A stretch of DNA of 64,000 nt, taken from positions 47,871-111,870 of the IMG/VR virus record IMGVR_UViG_3300028027_000002. One strand, given 5' to 3'. The notes beneath the pieces are model-generated. The model saw only the letters and a list, made by a program, of their open reading frames with translations, made no database searches and had not been told where the DNA came from. A program made the position numbers and the translations under genes. Position 1 is the stretch's first letter; each line of letters begins with the position of its first letter. This DNA comes from a virus. Shown piece after piece: positions 28,571 to 37,459 of this stretch.

Positions 28571-30351
28571 TGGCAGACATGTTTGACGAATTCCTTGAAG
28601 CACTACAGGATGATCACTTTCAAGAGATGCCAGTAGACGCAAGAACATTTGTTGAGGGTGAGGCATACCTTGGCCAACCACCATTGTCTGATATCCAGTA
28701 CGATATTGTTGAGGCCATGAGCCAAATCTATCGTAAAGAAGATTTAATAAATCTTTTAGGTGAAGAAAAAGGATCAAGGTACTACGACAAGTACACAAAG
28801 AATGAAATCATTCTGCAACTTGGCAAGGGATCTGGAAAAGACTTCACATCAACAGTAGCATGCTCATACATCGTATACAAACTTCTATGTTTAAAAGACC
28901 CAGCAAAATATTTTGGCAAGCCATCTGGAGATGCTATTGACCTAATCAATGTAGCAATCAACGCACAACAAGCAAAGAATGTTTTCTTTAAGGGCTTCAA
29001 AACCAAGATTGAAAAGTCTCCTTGGTTTGTTGGAAAGTACAATGCAAAAGCAGACTCAGTTGAGTTTGATAAATCAATAACTGTTTATTCTGGTCACTCA
29101 GAAAGAGAGTCACATGAAGGCTTGAACTTGTTACTTGCAGTTCTTGATGAGATCTCTGGCTTTGCTTCTGAGATTGGAACAGGAAATGACCAAGGCAAGA
29201 CTGCTGACAATATCTACAGAGCATTTCGTGCTTCCGTAGACTCTCGTTTCCCAGACTTAGGTAAAGTTGTTTTACTTTCATTTCCAAGATATCCAGGAGA
29301 CTTTATTTCAGAAAGATATGATGCAGTAATTGCTGAAAAGGAGTCAATTGAAAAGACTCACAGATTTATTATTAATCCAATCTTGCCAGAAGATGATCCA
29401 GATAACTACTTTGATATTTCCTGGGACGAAGATCAAATCCTTTCATACAAATATCCAGGAGTATTTGCATTAAAGAAACCAACATGGGAAGTAAATCCAA
29501 CAAGAAAGATTGAAGATTTTAAGATTGCCTTTTTAACAGACATAGGTGATGCTATGCAAAGATTTGCATGCGTACCAACCTTTGCATCAGATGCATTTTT
29601 TAAACAGTCTGAAAAGGTAAGATCCTGCATGACATTAAGAAATCCAGTGGACAACTTCAGAAGGTTTGATGAATCTTTTAAGCCAGATCCAGACAAGGTT
29701 TATTATGTTCATGCTGACCTTGCACAAAAACATGACAAGTGTGCAGTAGCAATTGCTCATGTAGAAAAATGGGTAAATATTCAGGTAATTAATAATTATG
29801 AACAAGTTGCACCAATGGTAGTGGTGGATGCAGTTGCATGGTGGGAGCCAAAGGTCGAAGGCCCAGTTAATCTATCTGAAGTGAAGATGTGGATTCAGAA
29901 CCTTCGTAGACTTGGATTTAATATTGGAATGGTTTCATTTGACCGTTGGCAATCATTTGATATTCAAAATGAACTAAAGCAGGTAGGCATGAGAACTGAT
30001 ACTGTTTCTGTTGCCAAGAAACACTATGAGGATATGGCTATGCTTGTGTACGAGGAAAGACTTGCTATGCCAGCAATCGAACTTTTGTTTGATGAACTAA
30101 CACAGTTAAAGATTATGAAAAATAATAGAGTTGACCATCCACGAAAGAAGTCAAAGGACTTGGCAGATGCCGTGTGTGGAGCAATATTTGGGGCAATATC
30201 ACACACCCCAAAGGACCAAAATCAGGTCGTAGAAGTTCATACTATTAGTGATCGACCTAAGCAGGTTGACACAGGTAGAGACAATGTGATAGAATATAAA
30301 CCTATGCCAGATGATGTAAAAGATTATCTGGATAGATTCAATCTACTATAA
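28570..30351 (+). CDS. terL: Terminase large subunit
   Basis: Walker A GKGSGKD, Walker B AVLDE, nuclease HADLA...D, SFDRWQS, DHP...SKDLADA. Confidence 0.92.
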   Translation: MADMFDEFLEALQDDHFQEMPVDARTFVEGEAYLGQPPLSDIQYDIVEAMSQIYRKEDLINLLGEEKGSRYYDKYTKNEIILQLGKGSGKDFTSTVACSYIVYKLLCLKDPAKYFGKPSGDAIDLINVAINAQQAKNVFFKGFKTKIEKSPWFVGKYNAKADSVEFDKSITVYSGHSERESHEGLNLLLAVLDEISGFASEIGTGNDQGKTADNIYRAFRASVDSRFPDLGKVVLLSFPRYPGDFISERYDAVIAEKESIEKTHRFIINPILPEDDPDNYFDISWDEDQILSYKYPGVFALKKPTWEVNPTRKIEDFKIAFLTDIGDAMQRFACVPTFASDAFFKQSEKVRSCMTLRNPVDNFRRFDESFKPDPDKVYYVHADLAQKHDKCAVAIAHVEKWVNIQVINNYEQVAPMVVVDAVAWWEPKVEGPVNLSEVKMWIQNLRRLGFNIGMVSFDRWQSFDIQNELKQVGMRTDTVSVAKKHYEDMAMLVYEERLAMPAIELLFDELTQLKIMKNNRVDHPRKKSKDLADAVCGAIFGAISHTPKDQNQVVEVHTISDRPKQVDTGRDNVIEYKPMPDDVKDYLDRFNLL

Positions 30352-30368
30352 ATAAGGAGAAATACCGA

Positions 30369-31508
30369 ATGAATTCATTCAAGAAAATCGCACTAGCCGT
30401 GGTTGCAGCCATGACTTTGGGCATGGTCGCAGTAGCACCTGCAAATGCTACAGTAATGACAGTAGCGGTAACACTAGATTCAGTAGCAAACACTACTAAC
30501 GGTGTAATCGCAACACCTGCTACATTGCCAGTCCCAGCAGATAACACAATCGATGCAGCAGATGCACTACGCTTTGTGGCAACAGTAGCAGCAGGAACAT
30601 CAGTTTCTGCAGTAGCAACTAACGCAACAATCGTATCAGCACTACACACATCAGCAGCACCAGTCGGAGCATCGTCAGGATCATCATCTTTGACAATTGC
30701 AACAGGCACTGGAACAACTGCAACATTCTATGTCTATACAAAGACAACAGCAATTGGCACAGTTGTAATCAACAACGGTGGAACAACTCTTACATACTAT
30801 GTACAGGGTACTGCTGGCAAGATCAACAACCTAACAGTTTCAGCACCTTCAGCAGGCGCAGCAGGAACTAAGCAGGATATCGTTGTAACTGCAACAGATG
30901 CATTTGGAAACAAGGTATCTGGCAAGTCAATTACAGCAACCGTATTTGCTTCAACAGCAGTTATGGATACAGCAACAGTAACAACTGGTGCTACTCTAAC
31001 AGACTTTGGAACAGCAACCTTTAAGGCTACTCTTCCAACAACAGGAACACGCTCACTAATTACTTTTGCACCAACAACATCATCAGATGCAGTTGCAGCA
31101 GCAGTAGTTGGTTTGACTGCTCCAACACTTGCACCATTCGCAGAGATTGCAGTTCGTGATCTAGTATCAGAACTTGCTGCTGAGAAGGCTGCAAAGGATG
31201 CAGCACTTGCTGCTAAGGCTATTTCAGATGCTGCAGTTGTAAAGGCTAACGCTGATGCTGCTGCTGCACTAGCAACAGAGAAGGCAGCATCTGCTGCTGC
31301 TCTTGCTGCTGAGAAGGCTGCTTCTACAAAGGCTCTTGCTGATGCAAAGGTCGCTTCTGATGCAGCACTTGCTGCTAAGGATGCACAGATTGCCAAGTTG
31401 ACTGCAGATAATGCAGCAGCACTTGCTTCTTTGAAGAAGGCATTCAACACACTAGCAAACAATTGGAACAAGAAGAATCCAAAGGCAAAGGTTACTCTAG
31501 TTAAGTAA
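30369..31508 (+). CDS. Secreted Ala/Thr-rich surface-like protein with C-terminal coiled coil
   Basis: Signal peptide ending APANA, Ig-like TATDAFGN motif, AEKAA repeats, strong codon bias, AAGGAG RBS. Confidence 0.7.
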   Translation: MNSFKKIALAVVAAMTLGMVAVAPANATVMTVAVTLDSVANTTNGVIATPATLPVPADNTIDAADALRFVATVAAGTSVSAVATNATIVSALHTSAAPVGASSGSSSLTIATGTGTTATFYVYTKTTAIGTVVINNGGTTLTYYVQGTAGKINNLTVSAPSAGAAGTKQDIVVTATDAFGNKVSGKSITATVFASTAVMDTATVTTGATLTDFGTATFKATLPTTGTRSLITFAPTTSSDAVAAAVVGLTAPTLAPFAEIAVRDLVSELAAEKAAKDAALAAKAISDAAVVKANADAAAALATEKAASAAALAAEKAASTKALADAKVASDAALAAKDAQIAKLTADNAAALASLKKAFNTLANNWNKKNPKAKVTLVK

Positions 31509-31522
31509 TTTAGTCCAACACT

Positions 31523-31555
31523 AAAGGGGTTGCCAATTATGGTAGCCCCTTTTTT
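31523..31555 (+). terminator. Rho-independent terminator
   Basis: AGGGGTTGCC-loop-GGTAGCCCCT followed by T-run. Confidence 0.85.
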
Positions 31556-31614
31556 GTGCAATAAAATGGTATAATCATCCTATCAGACATCAGGTCTGCA
31601 AGGGGGAAAGGTAA

Positions 31615-33747
31615 ATTAAAAGACTAATACGCATACTAGCAGCCACACTTTTAGCATTCGGCTGGCTCATTATCTCCCCAGAAGGTGCCCACTCTGACGA
31701 TCCACTCACAGTTGCAGCCCAAGAAATACAGGAACTTAACGATAGCGTAGACGATCTTGGCTACCAAGATGATTTTATAGATCTTATAGATATAGCAGAA
31801 AACAAGTTCACCTATGCCAAAAATGCGATGGAACTTAGAGATGATTCCTACGATGCTCATGAGTATGCAGTAGAGGCAGAGACCACAGCCTTAGAAGCAA
31901 AGAACCTTGCCCAGTCAAATGTGGATGGTCAGACAGTCACAGTAGCCTTGGCCCTTGAACATAAAGACAACGCTCTTGAAGAAAAGAATGATGCTCAAGA
32001 TGCACTAAGCATAGCCAATATTAATGTTCAAACCACTCAATCAAATATGCAGGCTGCTGCAGGGCAAGGTTTGGCATATACTGTCTATTATTTGACGAGA
32101 ACATTCCCTGGAATAGCAACTCCAAGTGGAGTTATCTGTTCTGGTACCTGGAACTCAAGCAGCATGCAACTTCCAGTTTGCGGTAATAGATACGAAAACT
32201 TTATAGTTAAATTTACTGGACAGATAACAGTTCCAGAATGGTTCACATCAACAAAATTTGCAGGTTACACAGATGATGGATTCAAGATGTATATTGACGG
32301 ACAACTTGCTATTGATAATTGGCAAGAGCAGGGAACAGAGTGGAGCCCATATTCACCAACCTATGATGTTACAACAGATAAGACTTTTAATGTAGAAATC
32401 TGGTGGTATAACGGTGGAGGGCCAGGTTCCTATCATCTTGGCTGGGCTATACCTGGTGGATGGACTGGAGCAGGATGTGATTATGCTGGAAATCCAAGAG
32501 TCTGGGGACAAAATTTTAGTTGTAATCTTAATACATTTTCTTCTGGATCAGGACCAACTCAATCACAAATAAATGCTTACAATGATGCTGTTGCAGCACA
32601 GGCTATAGCACAAACAAACTATAACAATAAATTGGCAGTATACAATGACAAACTAAGCGTATACAACTCTGAGAATGCAACACTGTCATCAATGAATCAG
32701 GTTTTGCAAACTAAGACACAGGAACATCTTGATGCCGTTGAAGATACAGAAGATGCTTTAGAGTTGAAGAATAGCAGAATAGAAATATACAATCAGTCAA
32801 TCCTTGACTTAAATAATGCTATTAGTGATGCTTGGGAATATTATTATGATCAGGCAGAAAGAGAACTTAATGCTGCTATTGCTCAAGCAGCAGCAAATGC
32901 TGCAGCCAATCAGCCTACCCCAGAACCCACACCAGAACCTTCTCCAGAACCGACTGAAGAACCTACACCAGAGCCATCCCCAGACCCAACAGATGAACCG
33001 ACTGAAGAACCTACACCAGAGCCATCCCCAGAGCCTACAGTAGACCCTACAGACGAGCCTACACCTGAACCTACCCCAGAGGTTACACCAGATCCAGAAC
33101 CAACTGAGGAGCCAGTTGTAGAGCCTACTGAAGAACCTACACCAGAGCCTTCTCCAGAACCTGGACCAGATCCAGAGCCAGAAGATAATCCTTGGACTGA
33201 ACCAGATGCAGAAATCAAAGATGAAGTATTGGCAGCCCTCATTCCTGAAAAGGGAACTGGTACATCAGAAGATTTATCTGGAGTTATTGCTAACCTTACA
33301 AGCAAGGATAATAAGTTAGTTACTCTTTCCCCTGAACAAGTTACAGCAGTTAGCCAAACACTCAAAGCATTGACGCAAGAAGCAAAAGTAGAAGTTGCAG
33401 AAGACCTTGGTATTAAGCCGTCAGAAGTTGCACAGATTGCTGAGCAGATGAAGTCTAACCCAGCACTGGCAGAAGCATTCGTTGAGTTTACAGATAGAGC
33501 AGAATCAGCAGGGGATACACCAATGCCATTTACATTAGCAGATGCAGTAACAGAAGTACAAACAGAGGCATTTCTTGAGGATCCACTTGGTGCAGTATTT
33601 GAAGTGGATGTAGCAGAACTCCTATCTAATTTCTCTGAATTAGGTATGGACATGACAGATGATCAGAGAGAAAAAGCCCAGGAAGTCATTATCCCAGTAA
33701 TCATTGTTTCACAGATTGCAAATGTAATGATTGGGATGAGGAGGTAA
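31615..33747 (+). CDS. Secreted/membrane-anchored PA14-domain protein with Pro-Thr-Glu linker (probable ATT start)
   Basis: PA14 motifs ENFIVKFTG, TDDGFKMYIDGQLAIDNW, WYNGGG; PTPEP repeats; C-terminal hydrophobic helix; frame opens at 31615 with a signal peptide, 71 codons before the first ATG. Confidence 0.75.
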   Translation: MKRLIRILAATLLAFGWLIISPEGAHSDDPLTVAAQEIQELNDSVDDLGYQDDFIDLIDIAENKFTYAKNAMELRDDSYDAHEYAVEAETTALEAKNLAQSNVDGQTVTVALALEHKDNALEEKNDAQDALSIANINVQTTQSNMQAAAGQGLAYTVYYLTRTFPGIATPSGVICSGTWNSSSMQLPVCGNRYENFIVKFTGQITVPEWFTSTKFAGYTDDGFKMYIDGQLAIDNWQEQGTEWSPYSPTYDVTTDKTFNVEIWWYNGGGPGSYHLGWAIPGGWTGAGCDYAGNPRVWGQNFSCNLNTFSSGSGPTQSQINAYNDAVAAQAIAQTNYNNKLAVYNDKLSVYNSENATLSSMNQVLQTKTQEHLDAVEDTEDALELKNSRIEIYNQSILDLNNAISDAWEYYYDQAERELNAAIAQAAANAAANQPTPEPTPEPSPEPTEEPTPEPSPDPTDEPTEEPTPEPSPEPTVDPTDEPTPEPTPEVTPDPEPTEEPVVEPTEEPTPEPSPEPGPDPEPEDNPWTEPDAEIKDEVLAALIPEKGTGTSEDLSGVIANLTSKDNKLVTLSPEQVTAVSQTLKALTQEAKVEVAEDLGIKPSEVAQIAEQMKSNPALAEAFVEFTDRAESAGDTPMPFTLADAVTEVQTEAFLEDPLGAVFEVDVAELLSNFSELGMDMTDDQREKAQEVIIPVIIVSQIANVMIGMRR
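32914..33205 (+). repeat. Low-complexity PTPEP/PTEEP coding repeats
   Basis: Repeated ACTGAAGAACCTACACCAGAGCC units. Confidence 0.9.
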
Positions 33748-33748
33748 T

Positions 33749-33955
33749 ATGAAAATAATAACAAAGGTTGTGAAGGGATTCTTCACATGGCTAAAAGATG
33801 CAGGGGTGGAGATAATCGCACAAGCCTTTACCCTCCTTGGCTTCTTCATAGCGTGGCTAACTTTGACGGGATCAGCAAGAGACATTGTTGGTATTGCAGT
33901 ACTTGCAACCACAATCATCTGGCTAATCACAATCCCGCTAAGAAAGGAGGACTAA
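33749..33955 (+). CDS. Small two-TM membrane protein
   Basis: Two hydrophobic helices; GAGGAGG RBS. Confidence 0.6.
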   Translation: MKIITKVVKGFFTWLKDAGVEIIAQAFTLLGFFIAWLTLTGSARDIVGIAVLATTIIWLITIPLRKED

Positions 33956-33957
33956 AT

Positions 33958-34242
33958 ATGGCAACTAAAAAGGTAGTAGAGCCTCCTAAGAAGGAGCACC
34001 CACAAAAGGCAATCACTAATATTTTAATGAGAATCCTAGCAGTCTTTGCAGCATCTGGTCTATCAGTACTTGGTGCTGGAGCAGTGGTTGGAATTGACAC
34101 AATGCAGGCAGTATTCTTAGCAGGACTATTAGGCGTAGCAACAGTCATTGAAAGACTGGCAAGGGCTTTTTTGGACGATGGAAAACTCACATTGGCAGAG
34201 ATCAATGATGCGTTTAAGACGGTAGACAAAAAGGCTAATTAG
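33958..34242 (+). CDS. Holin-like membrane protein
   Basis: Two TM helices, C-terminal DDGKLTLAEINDAF; AAGGAGG RBS. Confidence 0.5.
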   Translation: MATKKVVEPPKKEHPQKAITNILMRILAVFAASGLSVLGAGAVVGIDTMQAVFLAGLLGVATVIERLARAFLDDGKLTLAEINDAFKTVDKKAN

Positions 34243-34258
34243 TCATTATTGACGGTAG

Positions 34259-34288
34259 TTGACAGCCCTCTCTGGGCAATGGTATACT
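34259..34288 (+). promoter_or_regulatory. Sigma-A type promoter embedded in an inverted repeat
   Basis: TTGACA-18-TATACT. Confidence 0.7.
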
Positions 34289-34319
34289 TAAGTATCACCT
34301 ATCTGGAGAGGGCTTTGTC

Positions 34320-34844
34320 ATGACCTGTATTGTTGCTTTACGCCATGAAGATAAAATTTATATGGCTGGAGATCGTGGAGCATCAGATGATGGTGTTATT
34401 CTTTCACTTGAATCACCAAAGGTTTGGAAGGTTGGACCTTACTTAATTGGATACGCTGGATCAATGGATGGTGACAGAATTAGACACAACTTTAGACCAT
34501 CAGCACCCAACATTAAAGACACAGATAAATATATGCACACCAAGTTCATTAAGGAACTTCGTGAATTTTATAACGAGTTCTGGATTGACACATCTAAAGA
34601 TGGCGAACTTAGTTTGATCATTGGTATTCGTGGAGAAATCTATGAGCATAGTTCTGGAGATATGTCTTTATCCAAGTATTCATTACCATATGTTTCTATT
34701 GGCTCTGGATCAGAGTATGCCTATGGTGTTTTATATGCAACAGACAAGCAAAAAAATGCAAGGAATAGAGTTAATCAGGCAGTATCTGCAGCAATTAAAT
34801 TTAACCCATCGTGCATGGGACCAGTTGACATCATAAGCGCTTAG
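34320..34844 (+). CDS. HslV/proteasome-beta-like Ntn hydrolase
   Basis: N-terminal (M)TCIVA, MAGD, KV, GYAGS, SIGSGSEYAYG. Confidence 0.8.
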   Translation: MTCIVALRHEDKIYMAGDRGASDDGVILSLESPKVWKVGPYLIGYAGSMDGDRIRHNFRPSAPNIKDTDKYMHTKFIKELREFYNEFWIDTSKDGELSLIIGIRGEIYEHSSGDMSLSKYSLPYVSIGSGSEYAYGVLYATDKQKNARNRVNQAVSAAIKFNPSCMGPVDIISA

Positions 34845-34859
34845 GGGTATACTTAATAT

Positions 34860-35063
34860 ATGAATCACACACATGATGATTTGTCACCTGAAGAACAAGA
34901 GTTCGGTATATGGCTTGAAAATGGTATTGAAAGAGGATGGGTAACTCCACCATACTGCAATACTCATGATGGCGGATACGAGTATATGGGTGAAGAAGAA
35001 ATTGAGGAGTGGGACCAAGGTGGTGACCCGTGTTGTCATGTCGTAAGACTGATGATCTCATAA
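34860..35063 (+). CDS. Hypothetical protein (CNTHDG...DPC motif)
   Basis: TTGACA-17-TATACT promoter with leaderless ATG. Confidence 0.6.
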   Translation: MNHTHDDLSPEEQEFGIWLENGIERGWVTPPYCNTHDGGYEYMGEEEIEEWDQGGDPCCHVVRLMIS

Positions 35064-35079
35064 ATAGAAAAGGAATAAA

Positions 35080-35940
35080 ATGAAAAAAGTACTACTAGCA
35101 CTACTATCAGTTGCAATTGCATTTACAGCAATCGCACCAGCACAAGCACAAGATCAAAAGGTTTTAGCAATCATTGATTCAGCAGTCGATTACAAGAAGA
35201 TTCCTTCAGTAATCTATGAAGCATGTTTCACAACTAATCTTTCATGTCCAAATAAAACAAACTTTATGGAAGGCAAGGGGTCTGCAAATTCAAATGTATG
35301 GCCTTCGTCAATTATTAATTCTATTTATCATGGTCACAACATGACTCAGGCTGCACTTACAGTAGACCCAAGCATCAAGATCGTCTTTGTTAGAGTTGCC
35401 AATGTTACAAGTTCTGGTAATATTCTTCAAGATACTAAGTCTTTGCGATCAGCAATTGACTGGGTATCAAAGAACGCTGAAAAATATAGCATCGATGCAG
35501 TTTCAGTTAGTTTATCCTCTATATCTAAAAACAATCTAACCGAATGCACAACAGACTCTGTTGTTTTGACAGCAGTGTCTTATCTTAATTCAAAAAATAT
35601 TCCAACATTTGCAGCAACTGGAAATGATGGCTCATTGAATGTAGTTGGATATCCGTCATGTGTCTCTGGTGTAATTGGAGTTGGAGCATCATGGTTTGAC
35701 ACTACAACAAAGTCTCACATTTTTGCAAAGTCTACAAATCGTGGTCCTGGTCTTGACATTCTTGGTGTAGCAGAAGCACTAGTTGTAAGATACCACGGAA
35801 CAACAGTAGAGACATCTGGAACTTCTGGAGCAACTGTTCTTACGGCAGCAAAGTATGTTTCTAAAAATACATACAAAACCTTTGGAGAATATGTATCATC
35901 TCTTCCAAAGATGCTATCATATCCATATAACGGCAAGTAG
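35080..35940 (+). CDS. Secreted subtilisin-like S8 peptidase
   Basis: Signal peptide; triad AIIDS, HGHNM, GTSGA; oxyanion AATGNDG. Confidence 0.85.
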   Translation: MKKVLLALLSVAIAFTAIAPAQAQDQKVLAIIDSAVDYKKIPSVIYEACFTTNLSCPNKTNFMEGKGSANSNVWPSSIINSIYHGHNMTQAALTVDPSIKIVFVRVANVTSSGNILQDTKSLRSAIDWVSKNAEKYSIDAVSVSLSSISKNNLTECTTDSVVLTAVSYLNSKNIPTFAATGNDGSLNVVGYPSCVSGVIGVGASWFDTTTKSHIFAKSTNRGPGLDILGVAEALVVRYHGTTVETSGTSGATVLTAAKYVSKNTYKTFGEYVSSLPKMLSYPYNGK

Positions 35941-35945
35941 TTTTA

Positions 35946-35972
35946 AGTCCTAGGCATGACTAAAACTGCCTA
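35946..35972 (+). ncRNA. Repeated H-type pseudoknot motif, copy 1
   Basis: AGTC-C-TAGGCA-T-GACT-AAAAC-TGCCTA. Confidence 0.65.
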
Positions 35973-35976
35973 ACCT

Positions 35977-36049
35977 TGCCCTATAACTCAGTTGGTAGAG
36001 TGCCGAACTGTTAATTCGGATGTCCCTGGATCGAGGCCAGGTGGGGCAG
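35977..36049 (+). tRNA. tRNA-Asn(GTT)
   Basis: Cloverleaf; anticodon arm CCGAA-CTGTTAA-TTCGG; T-loop ATCGAGG; no encoded CCA. Confidence 0.9.
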
Positions 36050-36090
36050 CGTGATATAATTGTATTGTCATACCTACAAGGAGGAATATC

Positions 36091-36729
36091 ATGGCAGCAA
36101 AAGGTAGTTTAGAAGCAATCATTGAGGTTGCAAAGAAGGAAGTGGGAACAATTGAAGGCCCTAAAGATAACGAAACAAAGTACGGTGCATGGATCAAGGT
36201 TAATTTTCAGCCATGGTGCCAGTCCTTCGTTTCTTGGTGTGCATTTACTTCGGGAGTAAAGTCATTCCCTAAGTCTGCATCAACAGTTGCAGCAGCAGAC
36301 TGGTTCAAGAAGGCTGAGCGTTGGTCAGATGCTCGCAACGATGATCCACAAGCAGGAGATTGGATCTATTTTGATTTCCCAGAAGATGGTGTAAATCGTA
36401 TTTCACATGTTGGTCTTTGCATTAAGAACAACGGAGATGGAACAATCCAAGTTATTGAGGGAAATACTTCAGGAACTGCAAAGGGAGATCAGCGCAATGG
36501 CGGAATGTGCGTAGAAAAAACTCGTGCATATGTAAAGAATAACAAGAAGAAGTTAGTTAACGCTGTAGTTGGTTGGGGCCGTCCAGTCTATACTGGTGAA
36601 GAGAATGCTCCACTACTAAACAAGGTAGTTGCATCTGCAACAACTGCAGCACCAGTTAAGAAAGCAGCACCAAAGCCAGCAGCAAAGAAGTCTTCTGGTG
36701 GCGGAGGAAAGGGCAGTGTGGCACTATAA
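36091..36729 (+). CDS. Endolysin, CHAP domain
   Basis: QPWCQSFVSW, PQAGD, SHVG, IEGNT. Confidence 0.88.
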   Translation: MAAKGSLEAIIEVAKKEVGTIEGPKDNETKYGAWIKVNFQPWCQSFVSWCAFTSGVKSFPKSASTVAAADWFKKAERWSDARNDDPQAGDWIYFDFPEDGVNRISHVGLCIKNNGDGTIQVIEGNTSGTAKGDQRNGGMCVEKTRAYVKNNKKKLVNAVVGWGRPVYTGEENAPLLNKVVASATTAAPVKKAAPKPAAKKSSGGGGKGSVAL

Positions 36730-36929
36730 TGGAATCAACTAAGAGGTCATCACTTAAAACAATTAGTTGGGAAACATTTCACCTTGTAGTTCTTGCTGGA
36801 ATCATTTACATATTTACTGGTGAATGGGAGTACGCAAGTCTTGGTGCAATTCTTTACATCGCTATTGAAGCATTAGGATACTTTGTACACGAAAGACTGT
36901 GGGCAAGGTTTGGAAAGAAGGTAAAGTAA
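36729..36929 (+). CDS. DUF2061 membrane protein
   Basis: RSSLKTISW...YFVHERLW. Confidence 0.8.
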   Translation: MESTKRSSLKTISWETFHLVVLAGIIYIFTGEWEYASLGAILYIAIEALGYFVHERLWARFGKKVK

Positions 36930-37033
36930 TGAGAATTAAAATTATTAAGTTTGTAGTAAAGGCTTTGGGTTATGAGTGGGGTGGAGACAAACTAAACCTA
37001 CCTTATTGGACAGTAAAAGCAAAGAAGAAATAA
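36929..37033 (+). CDS. Small hypothetical protein (not in ORF track)
   Basis: 34 aa, TAATG coupling. Confidence 0.45.
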   Translation: MRIKIIKFVVKALGYEWGGDKLNLPYWTVKAKKK

Positions 37034-37035
37034 AC

Positions 37036-37221
37036 ATGGCCTTGTACGAATATGATTGTATGCCATGTGCACAAAGATATATAAAGGAACGGTCTATTAA
37101 GGACAATGATCCTGGATATACATGTGAAACTTGCAATACTTCTTTGGTTCGTGTATACTCTAATGTAGGAGCAGTTTTCAACGGTAGTGGATTTTATTCC
37201 ACTGATAACAGAAAGAAATAG
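37036..37221 (+). CDS. FmdB-family zinc-ribbon protein
   Basis: MALYEYDC..C...C..C...FNGSGFYSTD. Confidence 0.85.
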   Translation: MALYEYDCMPCAQRYIKERSIKDNDPGYTCETCNTSLVRVYSNVGAVFNGSGFYSTDNRKK

Positions 37222-37231
37222 GCAGTATACT

Positions 37232-37459
37232 ATGAATACCATGATAGAAACACCTGAAGAAATCAAAGAATGGGTGCTTAAGGCAACCGATAGATGTGAT
37301 TCATGTGCAGCAGAAGCCTTAGTTCAAGTTGTTGGGCTAAATGGAGAACTGTTATTTTGTGGTCATCACTACAATAAGATTATGGATGATTCAGTCGGAT
37401 ATGAAAAGATGATGAAGTTTGCAATTACTGTTACTGACGAACGAGAAAAGTTAAGATAA
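37232..37459 (+). CDS. Actinobacterial-type small zinc-binding protein
   Basis: DRCDSCAAEA...LLFCGHH. Confidence 0.65.
   Translation: MNTMIETPEEIKEWVLKATDRCDSCAAEALVQVVGLNGELLFCGHHYNKIMDDSVGYEKMMKFAITVTDEREKLR

Noticed and set aside
16529-30351. Inteins or introns in dnaB, dnaE, recA, terL
   Set aside because: Lengths are ordinary and motifs are contiguous; no intein C...HN-C/S/T or LAGLIDADG blocks seen
30797-31561. 254-aa minus-strand Ala-rich ORF (and similar antisense ORFs across 1-46 kb)
   Set aside because: Shadows of strongly codon-biased plus-strand genes; no RBS or recognisable motifs
32910-33653. 247-aa minus-strand Gly/Ser-rich ORF
   Set aside because: Antisense shadow of the PTPEP repeat gene
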